NCBI GenBank assembly: GCA_964291415.2
Contig: OZ219920.1
Span: 1,248,001-1,312,000 of the forward strand
Length of the DNA stretch: 64,000 nt
Origin: Alphaproteobacteria bacterium
Lineage (GTDB): Bacteria; Pseudomonadota; Alphaproteobacteria; SP197
Reading direction: 5' to 3'
Below, piece by piece: positions 38,315 to 49,173 of the stretch. How positions within the stretch are numbered: position 1 is the first letter of the stretch; each line of letters opens with the position of its first letter. The position numbers and the translations under genes were made by a program. The notes under the pieces were generated by a model. The model was not told the DNA's origin, did no database searches, and saw only the letters and a list, made by a program, of their open reading frames with translations.

Positions 38315-40399
38315 ATGAGGCCGGAGATTCTCTTTCCGCTGTTCGAGCCAGTGACCGCTCTTCCACGTGTCGGCCGCAGGACAGCTTCCCTGATTTCAAG
38401 CCTGGCCGGTCCCAGAGTTGTGGACCTCCTCTGGCACCTTCCAACATCGATCATCAATCGCCAGCAACTCTCTGATCTCGGGGAGGCAACCCCGGGAAGC
38501 CTGGTCAGTGTCCAGGTGACGGTGGAGCGCTACAGGCGCCCCGGAACACCGCGTCATCCCTGGCGCATCGTGACAACAGACGATACCGGCCGGAAGCTCG
38601 ATCTCGTCTACTTCCGTGCCCGCGAGTCGTGGCTTGCGAAGGTTCTCCCTGCCGGTTCGAGGAAGCTGGTGAGTGGCCGGATCGAGCAATATGCTGACCG
38701 CCTGGAAATGGTTCATCCCGATCACGTCGCGACGCCAGGTGACACCGACGGCCTGGCGCGCCTGGAGCCGGTCTACTCCCTTGTGGACGGTCTCGGTGCG
38801 CCGACCATGCGACGGATCATTTCACTCGTGCTGGAGCGCAGCCCGGAACTGCCCGAGTGGCAGGACCGGGCATGGCTGGAGCAGAACGGCTGGCCTTCAT
38901 GGTCCGACGCGCTCAGACGCGTTCACCAGCCCCGGGACCTGGAAGAACTTTCCGGGGATCCGGGGGCACGCGATCGCCTTGCCTTTGACGAACTCCTCGG
39001 CAACCAGCTCGCCCTGGCCCTGGTGAAAGCCGGACGGCGGTTGACGCCTGGCCGTTCACTCAGGGGCGATGGCGGCCTGCGCGCGAGAGTCACACACGCG
39101 CTTCCATTCCGCATGACCCAGGCGCAGGTCGACGCAATCCGCGACATAACTCTCGACATGGAGGCGCCCTTTCCCATGTTGCGCCTCCTGCAAGGCGATG
39201 TGGGGAGCGGCAAGACGCTGGTGGCCGTGCAGGCCATGCTAGCCGCCGTGGAGGCTGGTCATCAGGCCGCGTTGCTGGCGCCCACGGAACTCCTGGCCCG
39301 GCAGCATCATCGCACCATCACCGATCTGACGCGCAACACCGGCATCGACGTTGTTCTCGTCACCGGTCGCGACCGGGGAGCAAAGCGTGATGCGATTCTC
39401 CGGGGAATCGCCGACGGAAGGTCCCATCTGGTTGTCGGCACCCATGCCTTGCTTTCCGAAGGCACCGAATTCCATGATCTGGCGTTCATCGTCGTCGATG
39501 AACAGCATCGTTTCGGCGTTCACCAGCGTATTGCCCTGGCAGCCAAGGGACATGCCGTCGACACCCTTGTCATGACCGCCACGCCGATACCGCGAACCCT
39601 GCAGATGACGGGCTACGGCGGGCTCGATGTCACGCGCCTTGACGAGCGCCTGCCAGGACGCCAGGAGGTCGCCACGCGGGCCATGCCAATCGCACGCCTC
39701 GACGACGTGGTGGCCGCCCTTGGTCGCGCCATCGGGCGCGGCGGACGGGCCTACTGGATCTGCCCGGTCATCGAACGAAGCGAATCGGGCGACACGATCG
39801 CTGCCGAGGACCGCTATCGCCATCTCAGACGTGTCTTCGGAGAACGCGTCGGACTTGTGCACGGACGCATGAAGGCCGCGGCCAAGGACGACGTCATGGA
39901 GAGATTCGCAAGCGGCGCCGTTGCTGTCCTCGTGGCAACCACGGCGGTCGAGGTCGGTCTCGACGTGGGTGAGGCCACCATCATGGTGATCGAACATGCC
40001 GAACGCTTCGGTCTCGCCCAGCTGCACCAACTCCGCGGCCGGGTGGGACGCGGCAGCATCCCGTCATCGTGCCTGCTGCTCTATGCTCCTCCCCTCAACG
40101 AATCAGCGCGCAGACGTCTCGACATCCTCAGACACAGCAATGACGGTTTCGAGATTGCCGAGGAGGACCTGCGACTGCGAGGAGGAGGAGAACTGCTCGG
40201 TGCCAGACAAAGCGGCCTGCCGAGGTTTCGCCTGGCCGATCAGCACACGGCATCCCGGTTTCTCCAGGCCGCCCACGACGACGCCCGGCTCATCCTTGCC
40301 CGCGACCCGGATCTCAGGAGCGACCGCGGTTGCGCCCTCACGATCCTGCTCCATCTCTTCGAGCGGCAGGACGCCGTCAGGCTCCTCGCATCGGGGTGA
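38315..40399 (+). CDS. recG: ATP-dependent DNA helicase RecG
   Basis: MRPEILFPLF, LQGDVGSGKT, VDEQHRFG, MTATPIPRT, QLHQLRGRVGR, DLRLRGGGE. Confidence 0.97.
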   Translation: MRPEILFPLFEPVTALPRVGRRTASLISSLAGPRVVDLLWHLPTSIINRQQLSDLGEATPGSLVSVQVTVERYRRPGTPRHPWRIVTTDDTGRKLDLVYFRARESWLAKVLPAGSRKLVSGRIEQYADRLEMVHPDHVATPGDTDGLARLEPVYSLVDGLGAPTMRRIISLVLERSPELPEWQDRAWLEQNGWPSWSDALRRVHQPRDLEELSGDPGARDRLAFDELLGNQLALALVKAGRRLTPGRSLRGDGGLRARVTHALPFRMTQAQVDAIRDITLDMEAPFPMLRLLQGDVGSGKTLVAVQAMLAAVEAGHQAALLAPTELLARQHHRTITDLTRNTGIDVVLVTGRDRGAKRDAILRGIADGRSHLVVGTHALLSEGTEFHDLAFIVVDEQHRFGVHQRIALAAKGHAVDTLVMTATPIPRTLQMTGYGGLDVTRLDERLPGRQEVATRAMPIARLDDVVAALGRAIGRGGRAYWICPVIERSESGDTIAAEDRYRHLRRVFGERVGLVHGRMKAAAKDDVMERFASGAVAVLVATTAVEVGLDVGEATIMVIEHAERFGLAQLHQLRGRVGRGSIPSSCLLLYAPPLNESARRRLDILRHSNDGFEIAEEDLRLRGGGELLGARQSGLPRFRLADQHTASRFLQAAHDDARLILARDPDLRSDRGCALTILLHLFERQDAVRLLASG

Positions 40400-40654
40400 G
40401 GTCCACCTTGCCTTCGGACCCCCGCACGGCAGGTCGTCATGATGGGACGGTCAGTCGCGTCGCAGCACAGAGTCGGCATTGGTTGTCTGACAACGCGCAT
40501 GATGCGCATCCGAACACTCCGCCGAACGGGTGTGGGCGCGGCAACGTGTTGCTGGCCTTTGTGGCGACGATTGACGACACTATGCTGCCGGGGCGGCGAG
40601 CCGGAGGCGGCCTCGATCCGCTGGATTGTTGATGAGGCGATAACGGGGGCCGGT

Positions 40655-41656
40655 ATGGGAAGCAGGTTCTTTGCGATTGTGGCGATGCTGTGGATCCTTG
40701 CGACAGGAATGGCGTTCGCCGAAGAGTTCAAGCCCGCTGTCGTCTATGACATTGGCAGCAAGTTCGACAAGAGCTTCAACGAGGGCGTCTGGAACGGTGT
40801 CCAGAAGTTCTCGGAAGAAACCGGCGTCAAGGTCGCCGAGTTCCAGATCGTCAACGAGACCCAGCGGGAGCAGGCGATGCGGCGCCTCGTGGAGCGCGGC
40901 GCCACCATGGTGATCGCGGTTGGCTTCTCCCAGGCCGATGCGCTGGACGCGGTTGCGGCGGACTATCCCGATCGCCAGTTCGCGATCATCGATGTTTCCT
41001 GGCTGGACCGGCCAAATCTGCGCCAGTATGTCTTCAAGGAGCATGAAGGGAGCTATCTGGTCGGCATCGCCGCGGCCCTTGCCAGCAAGACAGGCAAGGT
41101 CGGCTTCGTGGGCGGCATGGACATCCCCCTCATCCGCAAGTTCCATTGCGGCTATCTACAGGGAGCGAAGTCGGCGAATGCCGACATCGAAGTGTTCCAG
41201 GCGATGACCGGAACGACCCCCGCTGCCTGGAACGACCCGACCAAGGCGTCGGAGCTTGCCAGAAGCCAGATGGATCGAGGGGCTGACGTCGTCTATCACG
41301 CTGCGGGCAGAAGTGGCATCGGCGTGATCCAGGCAGCAGCCGACGCCGGCATGCTCGCGATCGGCGTCGATTCGAACCAGAACGGGCTTGCGCCCGGTTT
41401 CGTGCTGACCTCAATGCTGAAACGGGTCGATGTCGCCACCTACCAGACGCTGAAGGACGGGTTGGCCGGAACGTTCTCCTCCGGCATCCACAGCCTCGGC
41501 CTTGCAGAAGACGGTGTAGGCTGGGCGCAGGATGAACACAATGCCGGGCTGCTGACGGACGAACTGACGGACGCAGTCGAAGAGGCCAAGGACGCCATCA
41601 TCGCAGGCAACATCGTCGTCCACGACTACATGAGCGACTCGAACTGCCCGGACTGA
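40655..41656 (+). CDS. BMP family ABC substrate-binding protein (nucleoside/purine type)
   Basis: KFDKSFNE, FKEHEGSYL, GFVGGMDIP, IGVDSNQN, TSMLKRVD. Confidence 0.92.
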   Translation: MGSRFFAIVAMLWILATGMAFAEEFKPAVVYDIGSKFDKSFNEGVWNGVQKFSEETGVKVAEFQIVNETQREQAMRRLVERGATMVIAVGFSQADALDAVAADYPDRQFAIIDVSWLDRPNLRQYVFKEHEGSYLVGIAAALASKTGKVGFVGGMDIPLIRKFHCGYLQGAKSANADIEVFQAMTGTTPAAWNDPTKASELARSQMDRGADVVYHAAGRSGIGVIQAAADAGMLAIGVDSNQNGLAPGFVLTSMLKRVDVATYQTLKDGLAGTFSSGIHSLGLAEDGVGWAQDEHNAGLLTDELTDAVEEAKDAIIAGNIVVHDYMSDSNCPD

Positions 41657-41664
41657 GACCGTCC

Positions 41665-43218
41665 TTGTCCGACGACGACGGCGCTGGAGAAACCAGCCCC
41701 GCGGCAGTCCGGCTGCGCGGGATCACGAAGCGTTTCGGCGCCGTGCTCGCCAATGACGATGTGGACCTGGACATACCGGCCGGCACCGTCCACGGCATTG
41801 TCGGCGAGAACGGAGCGGGGAAGTCCACGCTCGCATCAATCGTCTACGGACTCCATACGCCCGATCGTGGCAGGGTGGAAATCGACGGGCGCCCCGCCCT
41901 GCTGCGCAGCCCGGGGGACGCCATCGCGCTTGGCGTCGGAATGGTCCACCAGCACTTCATGCTGATCCCGACCTTCACCGTGCTGGAAAACGTCGTGCTC
42001 GGCATCGAGGGCAGCTTCCGGCTCCGTAGAGGAGAGGCCGACAACCGCGCGAGGCTGGAAGACCTGAGCCTTGCGCATGGGCTGGAGATTGATCCGGACG
42101 CCCTCGTCGACGACCTGCCGGTCGGCCTGCGCCAACGGGTCGAAGTCCTCAAGGCGCTATTCCGGGGCACCCGTATCTTGATCCTCGACGAGCCGACCGG
42201 TGTGCTGACCCCGGAGGAAACCGATCGGCTCTTTGCCAACCTGCGCGCAATCTGTGATGCCGGGGGCACCGTTGTTCTGATCACCCACAAACTCCGGGAA
42301 GTGATGGCGGTCTGCGACTCGGTTTCGATCATGCGTCACGGACGCCTCGTCGGCAGCCGCAAGACGAGTGAAACGACGCCAGGCGAACTCGCCGAACTCA
42401 TGGTCGGGCGGAAGATCGGCCGGACTGAGCGGATGCCGGAGAGCAACGTGCGAAGTCCGGTCCTGCGGGTGACGGGGCTTACCTGGAAGAGTCCAAGCGG
42501 CGCACCCGGCCTGCAGGACGTCTCGCTGGAGTTGCGGTCTGGTGAAATCCTTGGCGTGGCAGGTGTCTCCGGCAACGGCCAGTCGGAGTTGCTCGATGTG
42601 CTGTCCGGTCTGTCTGTCGTTCAGGAGGGACATATCGAGTTCGCCGGACGACGCATTGACAGGGCCAGTCCGGCGACACCCGCCGGAATGCGTGCGCTCG
42701 GCCTCACCCATGTGCCGGAAGACCGCCATCGGCGGGGGTTGGTCCTGCCGTTCGAAGCCAGGGAGAATGCGGTATTGGGTCGTCCGGAGCGCGCAGGTCC
42801 CGGCCTCTGGACGAGTGGCACGGCGATGCAGGCACAAGCCGAACGACTGATTGAGCGCTTCGACATCCGCCCACCGGAGCCGAGGTTGCCGGCCATGGCC
42901 TTCTCGGGCGGCAACCAGCAGAAGATCGTGCTCGCGAGGGAGTTCGAGTCCGAGCCTGTCGTGCTCCTGCTTGGCCAGCCTACGCGCGGTGTCGATATCG
43001 GCACCGTTGAGATCGTCCATGCCTGGGTCATGGCGTTGAAGGAGCGGGGCACGGGCATCCTGCTCGTCTCGACGGAACTCGACGAAATCCTGGCGCTCGC
43101 CGACCGCATCATGGTGATGAGCGGCGGGCGGGTGGTCGGCACGATATCGGCGGCAGACGCAACGGTTCGTCAGCTTGGGCTGATGATGACCGGTGCGGGC
43201 GAAGGAGCCGGCGCGTGA
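41665..43218 (+). CDS. ABC transporter ATP-binding protein, two NBDs (nucleoside/sugar type)
   Basis: GENGAGKST, MVHQHF, LDEPT, VPEDRH, FSGGNQQK, QPTRGVD. Confidence 0.94.
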   Translation: MSDDDGAGETSPAAVRLRGITKRFGAVLANDDVDLDIPAGTVHGIVGENGAGKSTLASIVYGLHTPDRGRVEIDGRPALLRSPGDAIALGVGMVHQHFMLIPTFTVLENVVLGIEGSFRLRRGEADNRARLEDLSLAHGLEIDPDALVDDLPVGLRQRVEVLKALFRGTRILILDEPTGVLTPEETDRLFANLRAICDAGGTVVLITHKLREVMAVCDSVSIMRHGRLVGSRKTSETTPGELAELMVGRKIGRTERMPESNVRSPVLRVTGLTWKSPSGAPGLQDVSLELRSGEILGVAGVSGNGQSELLDVLSGLSVVQEGHIEFAGRRIDRASPATPAGMRALGLTHVPEDRHRRGLVLPFEARENAVLGRPERAGPGLWTSGTAMQAQAERLIERFDIRPPEPRLPAMAFSGGNQQKIVLAREFESEPVVLLLGQPTRGVDIGTVEIVHAWVMALKERGTGILLVSTELDEILALADRIMVMSGGRVVGTISAADATVRQLGLMMTGAGEGAGA

Positions 43219-44309
43219 CGAACCTGCCACGCTGGTTCGATATCGGCGTCTTGCCTCTCGTCAATCTCGCGCTCGCACTTGTGTCGACAGGTGTCGTGGT
43301 GGCGTTGGTGGGCGAAGACCCGCTGGAAGTGCTTGCCGTGCTGTTGCAGGGAGCCTTTGCGCCGAGTTCGCTGGGCTACACGCTCTACTATGCAACCAAC
43401 TTTGTCTTCACGGGTCTCGCCGCTGCCATTGCCTTCCAGGCTCGGCTGTTCAACATCGGGGCGGAGGGCCAGGCTCTCCTGGGCGGTCTCGGCGTCGCAC
43501 TCGCCTGTCTCTCACTCGAGACCGCATTGCCGGGCTGGCTCGTCGCGATGGTTGCAATTGCGGGCGCCGGGTCGTTCGGTGCGGCATGGGCTGCGGTGCC
43601 GGGATGGTTGCAGGCCTATCGCGGCAGCCATGTCGTCATCACCACGATCATGTTCAACTTTCTCGCATCAGGGCTGATGGTGTGGCTTCTTTCAGGGCCG
43701 ATCATGCGGGCTGGCCAGGGCTCGCCGCAGACTCGCCTGTTCGGTGAGGCCGTACGGCTGCCGGCCCTCCACGACATCGCCCACGCCCTTGGTTTCGAGG
43801 TCGTGCGCTCGCCGCTCAACCTGTCGTTCCTGTTCGCTCTCCTGGCGAGCGCAGCGGTTTGGGTGCTGATCTGGCGCACCAAGTTCGGCTATGCGCTCCG
43901 GGCCATTGGCCAAGGTGAGGAAGCGGCTCGCTACGCCGGTGTTCCCGTCCGCCGCATGGTGGTCGCCGTCATGGCCATTTCCGGCGCGCTTGCCGGTTGC
44001 ATGGCACTCAACGAAGTGCTCGGCGCTCAGCACAAGCTGGTGCTCAACTTCTCCGCCGGTTACGGATTCACCGGCATTGCGGTGGCGCTCATGGGCCGCA
44101 ATCATCCCCTTGGAATCCTCGCGGCGAGCCTCCTGTTCGGCGCACTCTTCCAGGGCGGCGCGGAACTCAACTTCGAGTTCGAGACCATCACTCACGAGCT
44201 GACCCTGGTCATGCAGGGGCTCGTGATCCTGTTCTCGGGCGCCCTCGCCTACATGTTCACACCCTGGCTGGCACGCCTGCTTCTCACCCGGAGGCCCGTT
44301 CATGGTTGA
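43215..44309 (+). CDS. ABC transporter permease (nucleoside type)
   Basis: LFNIGAEGQ, VITTIMFNF, GFTGIAVALMGRNHP. Confidence 0.92.
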   Translation: MTNLPRWFDIGVLPLVNLALALVSTGVVVALVGEDPLEVLAVLLQGAFAPSSLGYTLYYATNFVFTGLAAAIAFQARLFNIGAEGQALLGGLGVALACLSLETALPGWLVAMVAIAGAGSFGAAWAAVPGWLQAYRGSHVVITTIMFNFLASGLMVWLLSGPIMRAGQGSPQTRLFGEAVRLPALHDIAHALGFEVVRSPLNLSFLFALLASAAVWVLIWRTKFGYALRAIGQGEEAARYAGVPVRRMVVAVMAISGALAGCMALNEVLGAQHKLVLNFSAGYGFTGIAVALMGRNHPLGILAASLLFGALFQGGAELNFEFETITHELTLVMQGLVILFSGALAYMFTPWLARLLLTRRPVHG

Positions 44310-45285
44310 GGTCTGGATTGATATCCTGGCGATCCTCGACGGAACGGCTCGACTTGCCACGCCGCTCATGTTCTGCGCGATGGCGGGTCTCGTTTCCGAA
44401 CGGTCCGGAATCGTCGACATCGGCCTTGAGGGCAAGCTTCTGGCCGGCGCTTTCGCTGCCGCCGCCGTGGCTACGCTCTCCGGCTCCCCCTGGGCCGGCC
44501 TCGCGGCCGCGCTTGCATCCTCCACCGCCCTGGCGTTGGTTCACGGCTTCGCCTGCATCACCCATCGCGGCGAACAGATCATCTCCGGCGTCGCGATCAA
44601 CATTCTCGCCCTGGGCATGACGGTGGTGGTGGCGAATGCACTCTTTCACCATGGCGGCCACACGCCCGCGCTCGGCGCGGGAGAGCGTTTCGCGCCTGTC
44701 ACGCTCCCGCTTGTCGAGACTCTGCGCGCCGTCCCCCTTGTGGGTTCGCTCTATGCGGAGCTGATTTCCGGCCACAACCTGCTGGTCTATGCGGCCTTCA
44801 TGTCGGTCCCGCTGGTCTGGTGGCTCCTCTGGCGCACGCGTTTCGGACTTCGGCTTCGCGCTGCAGGCGAACTGCCCGAGGCCGTGGACAGCGTCGGCGT
44901 GTCGGTACCGGCACTGCGCTATCGCGGCATCCTCATAGCCGGCCTGCTTTGCGGCCTCGCGGGCGCATACCTCTCGACCGCCCACGGCGCGGGCTTCGTG
45001 AGGGACATGAGTGCGGGCAAGGGTTTCCTTGCGCTCGCGGCGCTGATCTTCGGGCGCTGGAAGCCCCTTCCCGTCCTGCTTGCCTGCCTGCTGTTCGGCC
45101 TTCTGGATACGGTCGCGCCCAGATTTCAGGGAGTGGATCTGCCGCTCATCGGCCCTGTGCCCGTGGCGCTCGTCTCGATCCTGCCATACGTGATGACTGT
45201 CGTGCTGCTCGCAGGCTTCTTCGGCCGCTCCATTCCGCCCCGCGCCCTCGGCCGCCCCTTCTTCAAGGAGCATCAGGGCCCATAG
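44302..45285 (+). CDS. ABC transporter permease (nucleoside type)
   Basis: SERSGIVDIGLEG, GLRLRAAGE, GKGFLALAALIFGRW, LPYV. Confidence 0.92.
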   Translation: MVEVWIDILAILDGTARLATPLMFCAMAGLVSERSGIVDIGLEGKLLAGAFAAAAVATLSGSPWAGLAAALASSTALALVHGFACITHRGEQIISGVAINILALGMTVVVANALFHHGGHTPALGAGERFAPVTLPLVETLRAVPLVGSLYAELISGHNLLVYAAFMSVPLVWWLLWRTRFGLRLRAAGELPEAVDSVGVSVPALRYRGILIAGLLCGLAGAYLSTAHGAGFVRDMSAGKGFLALAALIFGRWKPLPVLLACLLFGLLDTVAPRFQGVDLPLIGPVPVALVSILPYVMTVVLLAGFFGRSIPPRALGRPFFKEHQGP

Positions 45286-45636
45286 CGGCGCCCGGTGGAA
45301 GAAACTCAATCAAGGAACGCGTGGTCGGCTCGCCTCCTCCCCCGCTTGCGCGAGAGCGGACACGTGACTGCAGCGTCACGCAGCGAATCGCGGTCCATAT
45401 CGGCGGCTCGCCTTGCGGCGTGGCAGTCGGCAAACCGCAGCGTCGAACACTGTGTCCAGAATGATCTGCAGTCTGCGCATGGCTTCCGTCGTGGTGTGAT
45501 GGTATGGCCAAAGGTGGGAAAATTGGTGCACGACCGCGAAACACGAGGTTCACGGACCAGGAGTTGCAGAAGTGGCGCGCGTTGCCAACATCCTGATTTC
45601 CTTCCCGTATCGAGAGGCCTTGTGGAGAACAGGAAA

Positions 45637-46008
45637 ATGACCTGCGACGACGTTCTGATCGACCGGATGCGCCGGGTTCTCTCCGGGCGGGAGGGGTGCT
45701 CCGAGCGCAGGATGTTCGGCGCCACCTGCTTCATGATCCACGACAACCTGTGCGCCGCGGCCTGGAAGGGTTCGCTGATCGTGCGGCTCGACAAGAAGCA
45801 TCACGATGCAACGTTGGCCGAACCGTACACCCGTCCCGCCGACATGAACGGTCGCACGATGAAGGGCTGGGCGCTGGTCGAACCGGCGGGCATCGCATCC
45901 GACGAACAGCTTTCAGTCTGGCTCGAGCGGGCTGCGAGGTTCGCCGATTCCCTTCCAGCCAGGGAGCGCGGCCCAAAGCGCTCCCGGGCGGCACTCGGGC
46001 AGGCATGA
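45637..46008 (+). CDS. TfoX N-terminal domain protein
   Basis: ERRMFG..CFM...LIVRL...MNGRTMKGW..V...W...A..FA.SLP; the 45295 start in the track is an extension. Confidence 0.82.
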   Translation: MTCDDVLIDRMRRVLSGREGCSERRMFGATCFMIHDNLCAAAWKGSLIVRLDKKHHDATLAEPYTRPADMNGRTMKGWALVEPAGIASDEQLSVWLERAARFADSLPARERGPKRSRAALGQA

Positions 46009-46250
46009 ATGGATCGCAATGAACTGTCGTCCCAACCGACTGCCGGACGGCCCATGACCGATGAATTCACGGCGACCGGCAGCAGAACTTCATTTCCCGA
46101 ATCGCGCACGCAGAAGGCAGGCCCGCGACGTATCGGCATTCGGCCGCATAGTGCCGGGGGGACAAGCCACCGGGCGGTCCGGCCCGACGATACCATCTTG
46201 AGTCACCCGCCAGGCACGACACCCGCGAACGCCAATACGACACCGCCATG

Positions 46251-46318
46251 TTTCCCGATTGTCTTCCTGTCCCCGGTCGCGCGACCGGAGATGCAAGGGA
46301 AGGAGCACAATCGGGAGA
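46251..46318. other. Long imperfect hairpin between convergent genes
   Basis: TCCCGATTGT/ACAATCGGGA, CTTCC/GGAAG and CCGGTCG/CGACCGG nested stems. Confidence 0.5.
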
Positions 46319-46377
46319 GACGAGTTCCGGGACAGATGTACGGCGTCACGTTCATGCGCTCGGTCGGATGCCGGCAC

Positions 46378-47352
46378 CTAGATCGGCACCGTGAGGCCAT
46401 TCCATTCCTGGAACTGGTACACGATGTAAATGCAGTACAAAGCCAACAACAGCAGCGCCTCCCCGCGCCCCAGACGCCAGCCGGTCAACAGCAGCGGGAG
46501 CAGAAGAAGCGTCATTGCGCCGAGCACCCAGAGGTCGAAGTCAACGATTTTGTCGGAAAAAGGCACGGGCACCGCGAGTGCGGTGACACCGAGGATACCG
46601 AAGAGGTTGAAGATGTTGCTGCCGATGACATTGCCGATACAGATGTCAGCGTGCCTGCGATAGGCGGCGACAATCGCGGTGGCGACTTCCGGCAGCGACG
46701 TGCCGACAGCGACAAGGGTGAGCCCAATCACCTCGTCCGGCACCCCGGCATTGCGTGCCAGTGCGGTCGCTCCGTCGACCAGTTGGTCCGCTCCGACTGC
46801 GACTGACAGCAACCCCCCAACAACCAACAGGATCATCAGCCAGAGACGCGTGGGCAGTCCGGTCATCGACTCCGCTTCCTCGCGGTGAAGCTGTGACGCT
46901 CCGCTGCTGACCCTGGCGTCCTGCCACAGTGACAGCGCGACATAGCCCACCAGCGCCGCCAGCATCAGCGCGCCTTCGTAACGATCCGCCAAGCCACCAA
47001 GGGCAATCATGACGAAGACTGCGGTGAATGCCGCCATGACCAGGCCGTCACGGCGAACGGCACCCGGATTGACCGCCAGGGGAGCGACCAGCGCCGCCAC
47101 CCCGAGGATCAGCATCATGTTCGCCAGGTTGCTGCCGATCACGTTGCCAACCGCGATGCCGGGCGCGCCGGTCACTGCAGCGTTGAGGCTGACCAGCAGT
47201 TCAGGAAGGGACGTGCCAAAGCCGACGATGGTGAGGCCGATCACCAGCGGCGAGACCGCGAAGCGCCGGGCGAGCGCGACAGCGCCCCGGACCACCATCT
47301 CGCCGCCAGCAATGAGGAGCAGGAAACCGGCGACGAGGGAGAGAAGTGTCAT
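46378..47352 (-). CDS. Calcium/sodium antiporter (YrbG/CaCA family)
   Basis: Two alpha repeats: GTSLPE...GNVIGSNLAN and GTSLPE...GNVIGSNIFN. Confidence 0.93.
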   Translation of the reverse strand: MTLLSLVAGFLLLIAGGEMVVRGAVALARRFAVSPLVIGLTIVGFGTSLPELLVSLNAAVTGAPGIAVGNVIGSNLANMMLILGVAALVAPLAVNPGAVRRDGLVMAAFTAVFVMIALGGLADRYEGALMLAALVGYVALSLWQDARVSSGASQLHREEAESMTGLPTRLWLMILLVVGGLLSVAVGADQLVDGATALARNAGVPDEVIGLTLVAVGTSLPEVATAIVAAYRRHADICIGNVIGSNIFNLFGILGVTALAVPVPFSDKIVDFDLWVLGAMTLLLLPLLLTGWRLGRGEALLLLALYCIYIVYQFQEWNGLTVPI

Positions 47353-47769
47353 GGGTCGGACATCGCCAGGCAGAGATCGGAAAAGCAGTCCAGCACGACT
47401 CGGGCGCGGCGATGCCGCTCGTTCGGGCCGTGCCGGCAACGACTGATATAGGTCACAGGAGCAAAGGGTTCCAGAACGCCTCCGGTCCCTGCCCGCGCGC
47501 GTTCCGCGTCTCGACTTGCAGGGCCTCGAGCCGAAAGAAATGTCTCTCAAGACTGCCGCCAAGCCACCCTCTTGCTCCATCGAAGAGGCCATGGCACGGG
47601 AGCGTTTCCTGGCGGTCTGCGACATGAGCCCTGACTCCGCGGTCATGCGAACGAAGGCGCCGCAGACGGGGGTGTTGCCGCCGCGAACGGAACCGCCGAC
47701 ACACGAGAGTGGACGGAGGTGGCGAAGCCGGTGACAACGAGAACGGAGTGAACTGGCGGTAGCCCACTT

Positions 47770-48235
47770 GCTGCAGCAGGCACCTTGAAACAACTCCGGA
47801 TCCGCTCTGCCACGATCGGAGACGGAGTATGGGCGAAGCGCGTGTCGTGACGTGGATCATGGCCGACCGACCGCGCCGGGATTGCATTTCGAGCTGCGGT
47901 CGTCCGCGATTGGACACCCTCATCTCACGCTGCCGGGCTGTTTTTTGGACAAGCAGATCGGCGGAACCTGGCGGCAGTTCGCTGGGCATCGCGGAAAGGC
48001 CGGGAGGAGCGACCTGGTCACAGATCCATGGGACTGCGCCGATATGCGAAATCGGCTTCATGATGAGCCTGGCCTTCGAGAATCCTGCCGACAACCAGAG
48101 TTCCGCAGCCCCGATACGTCTGGCGAGCTTGCCTGGTCGATCCTTTTCGGCGTGTTTGGTTGCCTGCTTGTCCGGTTCGGCACCTTCCGCCGGCCTGAAG
48201 AGTCGTCTCGCGAACGTCAACCTCGCCAGGCCTGA
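47770..48235 (+). pseudogene. nhaA: Eroded remnant of the C-terminal part of an NhaA Na+/H+ antiporter gene
   Basis: Motifs in shifting frames but correct order: RHLETTPDP, GCFLDKQIG, LGIAERPGGATWSQIHG...CEIGFMMSLAFE, LAWSILFGVFGCLLVRF. Confidence 0.6.
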
Positions 48236-48484
48236 AACCGATGCGGCGCTACAACGCCCACTATGGAGACACTCTGCACTCTTTCCGAAGATACCCCACT
48301 CAACTTCGCAGGCAGCAGTATGACGATCCGTACCGGAACGAACCTGAAGACTGACGAGACGATCAACAGTGCGGCGCTCCGATCACGTGCAGTCGGGAAG
48401 GCGCCAGGTGCGAGATGCGCACGGTTGAGCAGTGGCAGTGCGTGTGCACGATGCATCCTCGAGGAGAAGGGATTCCGGGGCCGG

Positions 48485-49153
48485 TCAGCGGCTGTTGGCG
48501 GCCACCATCTCGGGCGTCACCACACCACCGGAAATCACCAGCTTGATGCCCTGTTCGACGGTCATGTCGAGGAAGACCACGTCTTTCTTGGGCAGAAACA
48601 GGAGGTAACCGGACGTCGGATTGGGCGTTGTCGGCAGGAAGACATTGACCACGTCGTCGCCGATGGCGTCCCCCACTTCGCCTTTCGCCGATCCGGTGGC
48701 AAACCCGACCGCCCAGCATCCCGGTCGCGGCCACGAGATCAACACGACATCGCGAAACGCTCTGGAATCGTGTGAAAAGACGGTTTCGAAGATCTGCTTG
48801 AACACCGAATAGACCGAACGGACCACCGGCATGCGTTCGAGCAGCCGCTCTCCCATGCTGACCACGGTGCGGCCGATCAGTCCGGTCGCCATCCAGCCGA
48901 TGAGGGTAATGGCCACCACGAAGATGAGCACCCCGATGCCAGGCACGGCAAAGGGCAGGTAGTTTTCCGGATTCCAGGTCTCGCCGAGCAGCGGCAGCAC
49001 GTTCTCGTCGATGAATCCGACGATGAACGTGACGAGGTAGACCGTCAGGGCCAAGGGCGCCACGACGATGATGCCGGTAATGAAGTAGGCCCGCAGGCGC
49101 GTCCATATCCTGCGTCTGGGCTGCTCCGGTGGATGTGGTTGCGCGTTGGTCAT
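48485..49153 (-). CDS. DUF502 domain membrane protein
   Basis: YFITG...P...T, MPVVRSVY...KQI, VFLPTTPNPTSG, KLVISGG. Confidence 0.9.
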   Translation of the reverse strand: MTNAQPHPPEQPRRRIWTRLRAYFITGIIVVAPLALTVYLVTFIVGFIDENVLPLLGETWNPENYLPFAVPGIGVLIFVVAITLIGWMATGLIGRTVVSMGERLLERMPVVRSVYSVFKQIFETVFSHDSRAFRDVVLISWPRPGCWAVGFATGSAKGEVGDAIGDDVVNVFLPTTPNPTSGYLLFLPKKDVVFLDMTVEQGIKLVISGGVVTPEMVAANSR

Positions 49154-49173
49154 GTTCCGCATCTCCTCACCGG

